This document shows, piece by piece, positions 22,897 through 34,512 of a stretch of DNA of 64,000 nucleotides. The DNA lies in NCBI GenBank assembly GCA_949358305.1, contig OX442314.1, positions 6,820,001 through 6,884,000 on the forward strand. Reading direction: 5' to 3'. This DNA is from Strigamia acuminata (taxonomy: Eukaryota). How positions within the stretch are numbered: the stretch's first letter is position 1; each line of letters begins with the position of its first letter. Below the pieces are notes generated by a model, which saw only the letters and a program-made list of their open reading frames with translations, ran no database searches and was not told the origin of the DNA. The position numbers and the translations under genes are program-made.

Positions 22897-25692
22897 ATGC
22901 ATCGCATCGCCTACGTTACGACCCGAATAGTTCGACAACCTGATCGTAAGTAATTTTTCTGTATGAAAAATTTGATAAAACATAAGATTTATGTATTATT
23001 TCTCTTTCAAGACGAAAGAATTTCCGAAATTACCGGAAAACGAAAGAGAATGGACGAGGAAGCGATCCAACTCCAGGCGGACGGAGAAATGCCCATGGAA
23101 GGGGCAAATGAAGACGTTCAATTGACGCTTCAACAACGGGTAAATTATTAGAATAAATTTTTACCAAGTGTTTAAGTCAGAAAAATTGAGTAATTTCACT
23201 TTTCCTGACTTCAAACACAAGCCGCTAAAAAATAAAAATGGCGGCTATAAAAGTCACGTGCTTCAAGCATGTGCGAAGGGAGTTGCCATGACAACCAACA
23301 TCCCTTAGTGACTCACAGCCACAAGCGCTAAGCTTAAAAAATATTTCAAATAAGAAATTATTTGTTTATTTTTAAATAAACTAATTTATTTATTTTTCTT
23401 CGAATACAGATCGAGAGGGATCGAGAAACGCCATTCGCGCTTCCCGATCACGTGCCGACTCAGCACCCGCTGATTTTTCGAGCGGCATTGCCCGAAAAAA
23501 TCAGAAGACTGAAGACGGCAAACAATACCTGGTGGAAGTTGCGCCACGACTTCAGCAGATCAGCGCTGCAAGGATTTGGTGCAAAAGGAAGATTCATCGA
23601 GCGCCTTCACGTGGACGGTGTCGACGAAATCGAGTGGACGCTCGACGAGAGCCCCCCAGGACCGCTTGCAGCAGAGTTGCTGCACAACCAGTGGCCAGTG
23701 ACGCCACGAGAGCGTCACGAGCGCAGAAGAGCGCTAAAGAGTACCGGAATTAATTACGGTGCTCTAACCCAATTGAGGAAGAACCTCAAGACGACACAAC
23801 GCGAAGTCGTTAAACGGTATCGCAAATCCGTTCGTGACGGGAACCCACAACTTCCCGTCACACAAACCGAGCTCCACCAGTTGGCGCTCGCCGGGTGTTT
23901 TAACGATTTTCCGGGATTTTTCCCGTCCAAAGCACTCAGAGCTGCCGCGGTGCAGCTTCGCGTCGACGAAAATCGACAACTGGCTCGAGAACACGAGGCA
24001 GAGGAGCAAGCGCGTTGCGCTCTCCCTTTTTATCAAGAAGATGAAATTCCGGCCCCAGCGGCCATCAATCCTCCGCCGCAAGACGAGGATTTGAGGGTGG
24101 GGCAACTCCCTCCGCCGGTTCCAGTCCGACCGATGTTCCGCGAATCAAGCCGCGATCGAGAGGAACGTCAGAAGCGATCACGCCCATATTCGACTGACGC
24201 GCAGCCATCACGCCCGCAGTCGCGACGAGGACGGACACCAGAGTCGTTTGGCTCGTCGTCTTCGCTGAGTTTTGAATCGGACTCCACAATTAAGTCCGCC
24301 CGAAGTAGCCGAACCGCCTCCACGTTCAAAGTGGACAACTCGGCTACTCCATACGCCATGAGACGTGTTGTCGGTGATATTTCTCCCGACTGTAGCGTGC
24401 CAGTACCTGGACATGCTAGCCGCTTGCCCGAACAAGGATATGTTTCCCGCTTGCCGGCTGGAGTTAGCAACCTGCAACTCCGGCCATTTTTTAGTGAGTC
24501 ATTCGGCCCACAATGGACCTGCTACGAGCAGCAACCCATTAGAGCACAGCAGGAAGTGCTCCAGAAGCTGGACGCATACCAAAGCGCCCAGATCGCCGAG
24601 TCGCAGAAGGACTGGCAGAGACTAGCTGAAAGGCTAGAAGTCTCCGACATCAATACCATTGATGATCCCCGTCTGATGGATTTTCAGCGTCAGCTAATTC
24701 CGGGGATGACTAGGGTGTTGTACCCTGGTGTTCTTCCTTCGCCAGGACAGGCGTTAGCGGCCATAACGTACCTTTGGACCGCGCCGATGGGCCTGTCGGA
24801 GAAGAAAGTCGAGCTGTGGTACCACCTCAGGCTCGACCCGCCTACGATCTTAGCCGAGCTAATAAAGCAAGTCGTAGCAAACGGTGAGACCGAAGAAGAG
24901 GCCGCCGTTCGGTTGCGAACCGAGTGGTCCTTTGCGAAGGCCACGGCGCGAATGACCGGAAGACCACCGCTTCCAGTTACAAGCGCCACAGCAGCTGCGT
25001 CACTGGCTGTTTTCCAGTCGGCCCAAGAGGGCGCTGGATGTTCATTTTGGCCAGAGAACGCCGGAAGTTCTCAAACTCCAGCCGGAGTTCAACGGGTAGT
25101 CGAAACCCGTCAGCTCCCCGGTGTGGGTCGAGCACCGGGACGAGGCGTCACACCCTCGTCAACCTCCGCACCTGCGTTGGTTTTCTTGGGCCCGCAGTGC
25201 CAGTTTGACGATGCCACGACGGAAGACTCACGTCCGCCGCCGCCGCCGCCAGCCAAGCCGGAGACGAAGGTCAAGCCGCTGAAAAAAGAGTCGGCTTTCA
25301 AGACCCTAATGCGCCTGTATCCGCACTTCTATTTGACGCCGGATACGCGAACACTGCTTAGCAACAACCACAAGTTGTCGAGGCAGGTGTTTATGTGGCT
25401 CGAGGACCACATCCGGGTGTTAAGCCCACCATCGGTGCTCCATGATCGACTCCTGAGAGCACGATTAGCGCCAGAGGATCCAATCGAGTTCGCGGCGCTA
25501 GGATTCTTCAACCGAGCGAACTCGGCAAGAATCATCCAGGTTTGGCTTCATGTCAACCCTGGAATGGTCTCCGGACCAAACGCAGGTCGCGACCTGTGTA
25601 CGGTTAACGAGCGGTCCAACCCGAGGGACGACACCACGGATATGATGCGCCCGTTGACGCCTGAGCGAACTCAGACCATGGACGAATCATAA
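22897..25692 (+). CDS. Spliced accessory gene (ORF3) of unknown function, ~819 aa; exons 22897-22945, 23012-23139, 23410-25692
   Basis: Introns GTAAGT...TTTCAAG (66 nt, phase 1) and GTAAAT...TACAG (270 nt, phase 0) join three GC-richer segments into one open frame that ends in the 746-aa ORF; no signal peptide or TM anchor evident. Confidence 0.75.
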
Positions 25693-25731
25693 ATTGGTTC
25701 GTTCATTTTCTCTCCATGTAAGATTCGTCTT

Positions 25732-25744
25732 AAATGGGGGGATG
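25732..25744 (+). promoter_or_regulatory. Polypurine tract
   Basis: AAATGGGGGGATG directly before the LTR TG; repeated at 31486-31498. Confidence 0.8.
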
Positions 25745-26434
25745 TGTGGTGATCTCAAAATATTCACCAACTTAGAAGATTAAATTAATTATCTTCTAAT
25801 TAATTTGACTGTGGCACACGCCAAGTCAGATCATGTGACCGAGGGGAGAAATCCTCTCTAGGCACATATCACCCCAGGTTGTCCGGGGTGAAAACGGTTA
25901 TTAGCCGTTATGGTGCAATATGGTGTAATAACCACTAGTTGCACCCATTTGAGCTAAGTGCGCAGGTTTTCTGCGCAATATTGAAGCGTGCTGGGCTCGC
26001 GTCTTGGCTCAAATCGGGACTCTGAAAAATACAACAACAACCTCAACATCACTGCTTTTGCTCCTGAAAGAAAAGTATTGATAGAGGACCGTTGTAACTC
26101 AGTTTCACCTGCTATCTTTGTGTATCAAACGCACAAAGCCAGCAATCCTGCTTGAATTAGCCGTCGCTAATTCCAGCAATCGAGAAGAGAAGATTCCCGA
26201 CGATCGTGAACCATCGCCGTCGCTGTTGCGCGAACGACAGCCACCGCCATCGTACGAAAGCCGGACGCCTACAGCCGTCAACCACCGCCGCCGAGCCGTC
26301 GCACGAGCCGTAGAAGGAGCCCACGAGAACCATCGTCTTCGACCATCGTTCGTGAGTTCGTAGAACGAAGACAATTTGCCTTCGCCTAACAACTTCAAGT
26401 TGTTTAAGCGCCATTTCTGACGCTTTGTAGCTTG
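25745..26434 (+). repeat. 3' LTR, truncated by the assembly gap
   Basis: Same sequence as the first 690 bp of the 5' LTR. Confidence 0.92.
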
Positions 26435-26634
26435 NNNNNNNNNNNNNNNNNNNNNNNNNNNNNNNNNNNNNNNNNNNNNNNNNNNNNNNNNNNNNNNNNN
26501 NNNNNNNNNNNNNNNNNNNNNNNNNNNNNNNNNNNNNNNNNNNNNNNNNNNNNNNNNNNNNNNNNNNNNNNNNNNNNNNNNNNNNNNNNNNNNNNNNNNN
26601 NNNNNNNNNNNNNNNNNNNNNNNNNNNNNNNNNN
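26435..26634. other. Assembly gap (200 N)
   Basis: Run of 200 N. Confidence 1.
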
Positions 26635-28461
26635 AATGACGACGATCAAGCATTAATTAATTTTTGTATTAACATGCATGATCCGTCAGGAACCCCTGAC
26701 GTCGAATTAAGAGCTATGATGGCTAAAAAATTCGAGCTGCCAACAACAAATGTTTTAATTAAAGCATTTGCAGCTAAAATTGCGAAGCAATTAGAATGTG
26801 ATCCTCCAACGAGAGATGACATTATTGCAGCGCAAAAAGCAGACGAATTTTGCCAACATATTCGCAATTACTTGCTAAACAAGCAATATCCAAGTTACAT
26901 AGTAACTCGTCTTCAAAGAAGAAACTTTGAAAGACACGCGAGTACTTATCTCATTGAAGAAGATATGCTACTCCATTATCATCCTACCTCCACCGATGAA
27001 TTGGGAGAGGATGGTAGGGCACTTAAAGTTGTTGTGCCAAGAAAATTGATTTATAAAATCATTTGGTTGATGCACGGACATCCACTGTCCGGCCACCCAG
27101 GCATTGCGAGGACAATGTACCGAACTCGAAGAGTTTATACCTGGAAAGGTATGAAACGTGATATTACACGTTTTATTCAACATTGTCAAGGATGTCAGGC
27201 ATGTAAGCCGAGATCAAAGACCGAAATTGAAGGCGCTCAAATTGGACCATTTGGACCATTTGACTGCCTCAGTGTGGATTTGTCTGGTCCCAAACCAAGA
27301 ACCAGAAAAAACAATACCCACATTTGCGTCATCGTAGATGTCGCTACACATTGGCCCGAATTATTTCCAATGTGTAATCCAACGGCAATAAAAGTTGCCA
27401 ACACAATTTATCACTTATCAATGACTTTCGGATTTCCGAGACAAATCATAAGTGATAATGGACCACAATTTCGATCACAGGTCTATAAAGAATTTTGCAA
27501 AAAATTCGACATGTCGCGAACACCGACATCGATTTATCATCCACAAAGCAATCCTGTGGAGAGAACCAATCGAGATATTAAATATTTAGTTTCGATTTAT
27601 TTAGATATTCATGACCAATGGGATGAGTATCTACGCGAATTTGCATTCAGTTTGAGAACAACTGTAACAAGAGGCAGAGATTATTCTCCTGCTTTCTTAA
27701 ATTTTTTCCGAGAATTAAGAATTCCTTGGGATCCAAGAATTCCGGAAGGAATTTTAGTCATTGATCCAAAAAATCCGCATTTATATGTTCAGAAATTAGA
27801 AACAATAATTGCAGAGACGTATCAGCATATGATGTCTCACGTCTTAGATTTGAGACGCCGTGTCGAAGCTGAAAAATCAGATAAGAAATTCGACAACTTC
27901 AGACAAAATGATTTAGTCTGGCGAGAGTCTCATATTCTCTCAAATGCCGCTAAAGGAATAGCAGCAGGCATTTCACCGAAAAGGAATGGGCCTTATGTAA
28001 TTATCAAAAGGTTACAAGGAGGCGCCTTTCAACTTCGACGGCTGAGTGATAATAAAATTTATCCAGCTGTTCACGGCACTGAATTAATGCCGTACTTTCC
28101 CGTTTTCAACCAAGAAATTTGGCTGGAAGGGGAGGAAGTGGGTCAAAAAACAAAAAATATTGTTAATACCTTGGATGATGCTAAATTATCCAAAATTCCT
28201 GTCGAAAACACGGAATCGAGTAAAAAATCGAAACTCAAAAATAACGAAGTCGATGAAATAAACCAGCGACTTGAAAATGTTTCTCTTGATGAAAATCTAG
28301 AAAAGGAAATGTTTTTAGAAAAAGAGAAAATTTCAAACAATGAAGTATATAACTCATCTGACATTGGAGACGATGCTGATGACAATCTAAACAAGTTGGA
28401 TTGTACTTCGCGAAAGTCAAAGTACAACTTGAGATCTCGCGTTCCGCGAGCCAAGACATAG
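26635..28461 (+). CDS. pol: Duplicate of pol 3' part (integrase)
   Basis: Same sequence as 20881-22707 (offset 5754). Confidence 0.85.
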   Translation, partial: NDDDQALINFCINMHDPSGTPDVELRAMMAKKFELPTTNVLIKAFAAKIAKQLECDPPTRDDIIAAQKADEFCQHIRNYLLNKQYPSYIVTRLQRRNFERHASTYLIEEDMLLHYHPTSTDELGEDGRALKVVVPRKLIYKIIWLMHGHPLSGHPGIARTMYRTRRVYTWKGMKRDITRFIQHCQGCQACKPRSKTEIEGAQIGPFGPFDCLSVDLSGPKPRTRKNNTHICVIVDVATHWPELFPMCNPTAIKVANTIYHLSMTFGFPRQIISDNGPQFRSQVYKEFCKKFDMSRTPTSIYHPQSNPVERTNRDIKYLVSIYLDIHDQWDEYLREFAFSLRTTVTRGRDYSPAFLNFFRELRIPWDPRIPEGILVIDPKNPHLYVQKLETIIAETYQHMMSHVLDLRRRVEAEKSDKKFDNFRQNDLVWRESHILSNAAKGIAAGISPKRNGPYVIIKRLQGGAFQLRRLSDNKIYPAVHGTELMPYFPVFNQEIWLEGEEVGQKTKNIVNTLDDAKLSKIPVENTESSKKSKLKNNEVDEINQRLENVSLDENLEKEMFLEKEKISNNEVYNSSDIGDDADDNLNKLDCTSRKSKYNLRSRVPRAKT

Positions 28462-28650
28462 TGTTGTCTTTCACCTTTTGGGTTTACCCAAAAGATCCGA
28501 GAAAGCAATCTCGTGACGTCATTCGTAGTACCCACTCGAATGACAACGTTAATCATACGTTATAATTAGTGACGTCACAAAGCGTCTCTAATCCAAGTTC
28601 GTGTTTGCAATCAACGAACTTAGTCACTTTTTCAAAAGTTTCGAGAGTGT

Positions 28651-31446
28651 ATGCATCGCATCGCCTACGTTACGACCCGAATAGTTCGACAACCTGATCG
28701 TAAGTAATTTTTCTGTATGAAAAATTTGATAAAACATAAGATTTATGTATTATTTCTCTTTCAAGACGAAAGAATTTCCGAAATTACCGGAAAACGAAAG
28801 AGAATGGACGAGGAAGCGATCCAACTCCAGGCGGACGGAGAAATGCCCATGGAAGGGGCAAATGAAGACGTTCAATTGACGCTTCAACAACGGGTAAATT
28901 ATTAGAATAAATTTTTACCAAGTGTTTAAGTCAGAAAAATTGAGTAATTTCACTTTTCCTGACTTCAAACACAAGCCGCTAAAAAATAAAAATGGCGGCT
29001 ATAAAAGTCACGTGCTTCAAGCATGTGCGAAGGGAGTTGCCATGACAACCAACATCCCTTAGTGACTCACAGCCACAAGCGCTAAGCTTAAAAAATATTT
29101 CAAATAAGAAATTATTTGTTTATTTTTAAATAAACTAATTTATTTATTTTTCTTCGAATACAGATCGAGAGGGATCGAGAAACGCCATTCGCGCTTCCCG
29201 ATCACGTGCCGACTCAGCACCCGCTGATTTTTCGAGCGGCATTGCCCGAAAAAATCAGAAGACTGAAGACGGCAAACAATACCTGGTGGAAGTTGCGCCA
29301 CGACTTCAGCAGATCAGCGCTGCAAGGATTTGGTGCAAAAGGAAGATTCATCGAGCGCCTTCACGTGGACGGTGTCGACGAAATCGAGTGGACGCTCGAC
29401 GAGAGCCCCCCAGGACCGCTTGCAGCAGAGTTGCTGCACAACCAGTGGCCAGTGACGCCACGAGAGCGTCACGAGCGCAGAAGAGCGCTAAAGAGTACCG
29501 GAATTAATTACGGTGCTCTAACCCAATTGAGGAAGAACCTCAAGACGACACAACGCGAAGTCGTTAAACGGTATCGCAAATCCGTTCGTGACGGGAACCC
29601 ACAACTTCCCGTCACACAAACCGAGCTCCACCAGTTGGCGCTCGCCGGGTGTTTTAACGATTTTCCGGGATTTTTCCCGTCCAAAGCACTCAGAGCTGCC
29701 GCGGTGCAGCTTCGCGTCGACGAAAATCGACAACTGGCTCGAGAACACGAGGCAGAGGAGCAAGCGCGTTGCGCTCTCCCTTTTTATCAAGAAGATGAAA
29801 TTCCGGCCCCAGCGGCCATCAATCCTCCGCCGCAAGACGAGGATTTGAGGGTGGGGCAACTCCCTCCGCCGGTTCCAGTCCGACCGATGTTCCGCGAATC
29901 AAGCCGCGATCGAGAGGAACGTCAGAAGCGATCACGCCCATATTCGACTGACGCGCAGCCATCACGCCCGCAGTCGCGACGAGGACGGACACCAGAGTCG
30001 TTTGGCTCGTCGTCTTCGCTGAGTTTTGAATCGGACTCCACAATTAAGTCCGCCCGAAGTAGCCGAACCGCCTCCACGTTCAAAGTGGACAACTCGGCTA
30101 CTCCATACGCCATGAGACGTGTTGTCGGTGATATTTCTCCCGACTGTAGCGTGCCAGTACCTGGACATGCTAGCCGCTTGCCCGAACAAGGATATGTTTC
30201 CCGCTTGCCGGCTGGAGTTAGCAACCTGCAACTCCGGCCATTTTTTAGTGAGTCATTCGGCCCACAATGGACCTGCTACGAGCAGCAACCCATTAGAGCA
30301 CAGCAGGAAGTGCTCCAGAAGCTGGACGCATACCAAAGCGCCCAGATCGCCGAGTCGCAGAAGGACTGGCAGAGACTAGCTGAAAGGCTAGAAGTCTCCG
30401 ACATCAATACCATTGATGATCCCCGTCTGATGGATTTTCAGCGTCAGCTAATTCCGGGGATGACTAGGGTGTTGTACCCTGGTGTTCTTCCTTCGCCAGG
30501 ACAGGCGTTAGCGGCCATAACGTACCTTTGGACCGCGCCGATGGGCCTGTCGGAGAAGAAAGTCGAGCTGTGGTACCACCTCAGGCTCGACCCGCCTACG
30601 ATCTTAGCCGAGCTAATAAAGCAAGTCGTAGCAAACGGTGAGACCGAAGAAGAGGCCGCCGTTCGGTTGCGAACCGAGTGGTCCTTTGCGAAGGCCACGG
30701 CGCGAATGACCGGAAGACCACCGCTTCCAGTTACAAGCGCCACAGCAGCTGCGTCACTGGCTGTTTTCCAGTCGGCCCAAGAGGGCGCTGGATGTTCATT
30801 TTGGCCAGAGAACGCCGGAAGTTCTCAAACTCCAGCCGGAGTTCAACGGGTAGTCGAAACCCGTCAGCTCCCCGGTGTGGGTCGAGCACCGGGACGAGGC
30901 GTCACACCCTCGTCAACCTCCGCACCTGCGTTGGTTTTCTTGGGCCCGCAGTGCCAGTTTGACGATGCCACGACGGAAGACTCACGTCCGCCGCCGCCGC
31001 CGCCAGCCAAGCCGGAGACGAAGGTCAAGCCGCTGAAAAAAGAGTCGGCTTTCAAGACCCTAATGCGCCTGTATCCGCACTTCTATTTGACGCCGGATAC
31101 GCGAACACTGCTTAGCAACAACCACAAGTTGTCGAGGCAGGTGTTTATGTGGCTCGAGGACCACATCCGGGTGTTAAGCCCACCATCGGTGCTCCATGAT
31201 CGACTCCTGAGAGCACGATTAGCGCCAGAGGATCCAATCGAGTTCGCGGCGCTAGGATTCTTCAACCGAGCGAACTCGGCAAGAATCATCCAGGTTTGGC
31301 TTCATGTCAACCCTGGAATGGTCTCCGGACCAAACGCAGGTCGCGACCTGTGTACGGTTAACGAGCGGTCCAACCCGAGGGACGACACCACGGATATGAT
31401 GCGCCCGTTGACGCCTGAGCGAACTCAGACCATGGACGAATCATAA
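28651..31446 (+). CDS. Duplicate of spliced ORF3; exons 28651-28699, 28766-28893, 29164-31446
   Basis: Same sequence as 22897-25692. Confidence 0.7.
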
Positions 31447-31498
31447 ATTGGTTCGTTCATTTTCTCTCCATGTAAGATTCGTCTTAAATGGGGGGATG

Positions 31499-32457
31499 TG
31501 TGGTGATCTCAAAATATTCACCAACTTAGAAGATTAAATTAATTATCTTCTAATTAATTTGACTGTGGCACACGCCAAGTCAGATCATGTGACCGAGGGG
31601 AGAAATCCTCTCTAGGCACATATCACCCCAGGTTGTCCGGGGTGAAAACGGTTATTAGCCGTTATGGTGCAATATGGTGTAATAACCACTAGTTGCACCC
31701 ATTTGAGCTAAGTGCGCAGGTTTTCTGCGCAATATTGAAGCGTGCTGGGCTCGCGTCTTGGCTCAAATCGGGACTCTGAAAAATACAACAACAACCTCAA
31801 CATCACTGCTTTTGCTCCTGAAAGAAAAGTATTGATAGAGGACCGTTGTAACTCAGTTTCACCTGCTATCTTTGTGTATCAAACGCACAAAGCCAGCAAT
31901 CCTGCTTGAATTAGCCGTCGCTAATTCCAGCAATCGAGAAGAGAAGATTCCCGACGATCGTGAACCATCGCCGTCGCTGTTGCGCGAACGACAGCCACCG
32001 CCATCGTACGAAAGCCGGACGCCTACAGCCGTCAACCACCGCCGCCGAGCCGTCGCACGAGCCGTAGAAGGAGCCCACGAGAACCATCGTCTTCGACCAT
32101 CGTTCGTGAGTTCGTAGAACGAAGACAATTTGCCTTCGCCTAACAACTTCAAGTTGTTTAAGCGCCATTTCTGACGCTTTGTAGCTTGTAACAGTCGTTG
32201 CAAGCCCTTCCTTTGTTTCATTGTTTCCCGCTCATTTTATTCTGTGATATTCATAATCATAATTAGTATATATTGTAATTTATCGAATAAAACATTTGTG
32301 TGATTTTTATTACCATAATAAACTGTCTTTTTATTCCTATTTCCGTAAACTTAACCCTAGACAAGTTTCGGCCGCGATATAAGTCTTGTAAAGCATTCAC
32401 CTGCGGTTTCTGCTTAATTTATTAGAAATTAAGTGGATAAAAACCCGGATCGCAGCA
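31499..32457 (+). repeat. 3' LTR (959 bp, complete)
   Basis: Matches the 5' LTR and is followed by the TSD ATGC. Confidence 0.95.
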
Positions 32458-34040
32458 ATGCTTACTTATCAGACGTACGACAGAATAAAGCATTACTTAA
32501 GTTATCCTACGGCTGTTGACGTATCAAGTAGATCGGAAAATGTTACTTTGCCAGACTTAATGGTCTGCAGTATGCAGATAATAAATATGCTGTGGGAAGA
32601 AGGTAACAAAACTTCTACATGTGCTAAAATCTTTAACAAACTGATGGACAAAGAAACCACAACTTGCGATATGGATAAATTTTGGAAAGCAACTATAATA
32701 ATACTGATGAAATAGTCAGTGTAAAAATGAAAGTAAAAAAAAAATAATAAAAAAAGCCAAAGAATAAGTAAAAGGAAACAATTAAAAACCACATTTTCAT
32801 AGGGATTTTCAAACAAAACTGCTGTTCAGACTGAAACTAACAGTCCATACGGAATATGCCCAACATTTCGATTTGGTAACTACAAATAAGCATTTATATT
32901 ACCTAACTCTACATTAATATCTATCATTGACACAGCTAAAGCTTCAAGCAAATCATTTGTTGGAAAGTTATTGACAGTAAAGTTTGTCATGCTATGACGA
33001 ATCGTATGGGGTAATTTCAATAAATCACAATTGTAATTATTGTATTAATATTTTTTGCCCTTTTTACTTAGGTTTTTCTGTCATTCTATGATGTTGGAAA
33101 ATTAAAAATAATAACGCAGCAATTGGCCGGTTCAACGTCAAAAATAAATTTGAGTTACAATAAAGTAAAATTGAAGTTTAAAATTAAAAATATTAAGCAA
33201 CACCTTTTAATGTATTAAATTCTAGTTCATATTTCTTAATTCACCAAAAAATTCGTGCTCCAGTGAAAACGAATACAGAGAATGCTGTAGGAGTTGTCTA
33301 TTGAAGCAATTTAAAAAACATTTCACATGCAGGTACGTACATGGCAACAATGCTTCGTGTTTGTGTATCAGCAGTGGCAGTTTTAGAAAATGCCACCCGA
33401 AAATGGCATTTTCGGATTCTGGAACTAGTTCTAGAACTAGATCCAATTCCAGGTTTCATTGAAACCATCTGATTGGCCAGACGCAACATCAATTGTTTCA
33501 GCTCTGTTCCCGCGTGCCCTACAGGGTAAACAGACCGCGTTGCGTTTGACTAAAGCCTAGTTCACATGCATGCGTTGTTGCATCAGCTTCAACGCGCAAG
33601 CATGAAGCACAATGCTCAAGCATGTGCCATCGTGCATTGTCAACGCAGCAACAAACAACGCATGCCAGTTCACATGTCCACATTGTTTTGACAAATAAAA
33701 AGGAATAGGCGAATTGTTTGTAGCTGTAGCCATTTTTGTTGACAATGTATGGTGATATGTAGCAGCGCCGTATCACCTAGCGGGATATTCTGGCAACTAA
33801 ACTTCATTGCTGCGTTGAAGTTGAAAATTTTCAACTCGTGCGTTGTGCGTTACGAAGCACGAAATCACAACGCGCTTTAGTCAACGCGCGTTGGCGCTGC
33901 ATACCCGTTCACATGCAACGCATGTGACGAAGCAGCTTTGGTGCGATAACGCATGCGTTAACGCATCCATGTGAACTAGCCTTAATTTTTCCTTGCGTTG
34001 CATCGCCTCTAGTGTGAATACAAGTGTGAACCTACAGTAA

Positions 34041-34512
34041 GGGGTTTTGAATAAATGAGCGATTATTGTGATTAGTTTATTATTGCAATAATCATAATCA
34101 CTCAATTATTAAGGGCTCAACAAAAATCTGATTATGTAATTATTGCTGAATTGTTTAAATTGTAACCTAAATACGTTGCAATTGTTTAAAAAAAAGTTCC
34201 TACAAATAATAATTGCAACTACCTAACTCGTTTCATGTGTTCAGTTTAACCTAAACTGAGCAGACTTTGTTATATTATGACTTTGTGTAGTTTAAGCGGG
34301 TCTGGCGCCGCCATGTTGGTTTCAGTTGAGAGAGCACTTATAATCGGCCCAAGTCAGCAGAAGATCATGGTTTGGGGTGATTACTTGATTAGTTGCTTAG
34401 TTGCTTATTTGATAAAATGATTATTCTCGTGATTGGTTGAATCCAATCACATGACACATGAAGTAATCGACTAATCAAAGTAATCAACTAATCGCTCATT
34501 TAATGAAACCCC
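34041..34512. mobile_element. PIF/Harbinger-like MITE
   Basis: GGGGTTTTGAATAAATGAGCGATTA / TAATCGCTCATTTAATGAAACCCC with TAA/TTA flanks. Confidence 0.6.

Larger units (their letters stand above)
14364..32457 (+). mobile_element. Ty3/gypsy LTR retrotransposon, apparently intact (true length ~12.3 kb if the internal duplication is artefactual)
   Basis: TG...CA LTRs, 4-bp TSD ATGC (14360-14363, 32458-32461), PBS, gag, PR-RT-RH-IN pol order, PPT. Confidence 0.97.

Noticed and set aside
23452..25692. ORF3 as an envelope gene
   Set aside because: No signal peptide, no C-terminal TM segment and no Cys/N-glycan-rich ectodomain pattern.
26105..26656. ORFs containing X runs
   Set aside because: Artefacts of translating through the N gap.
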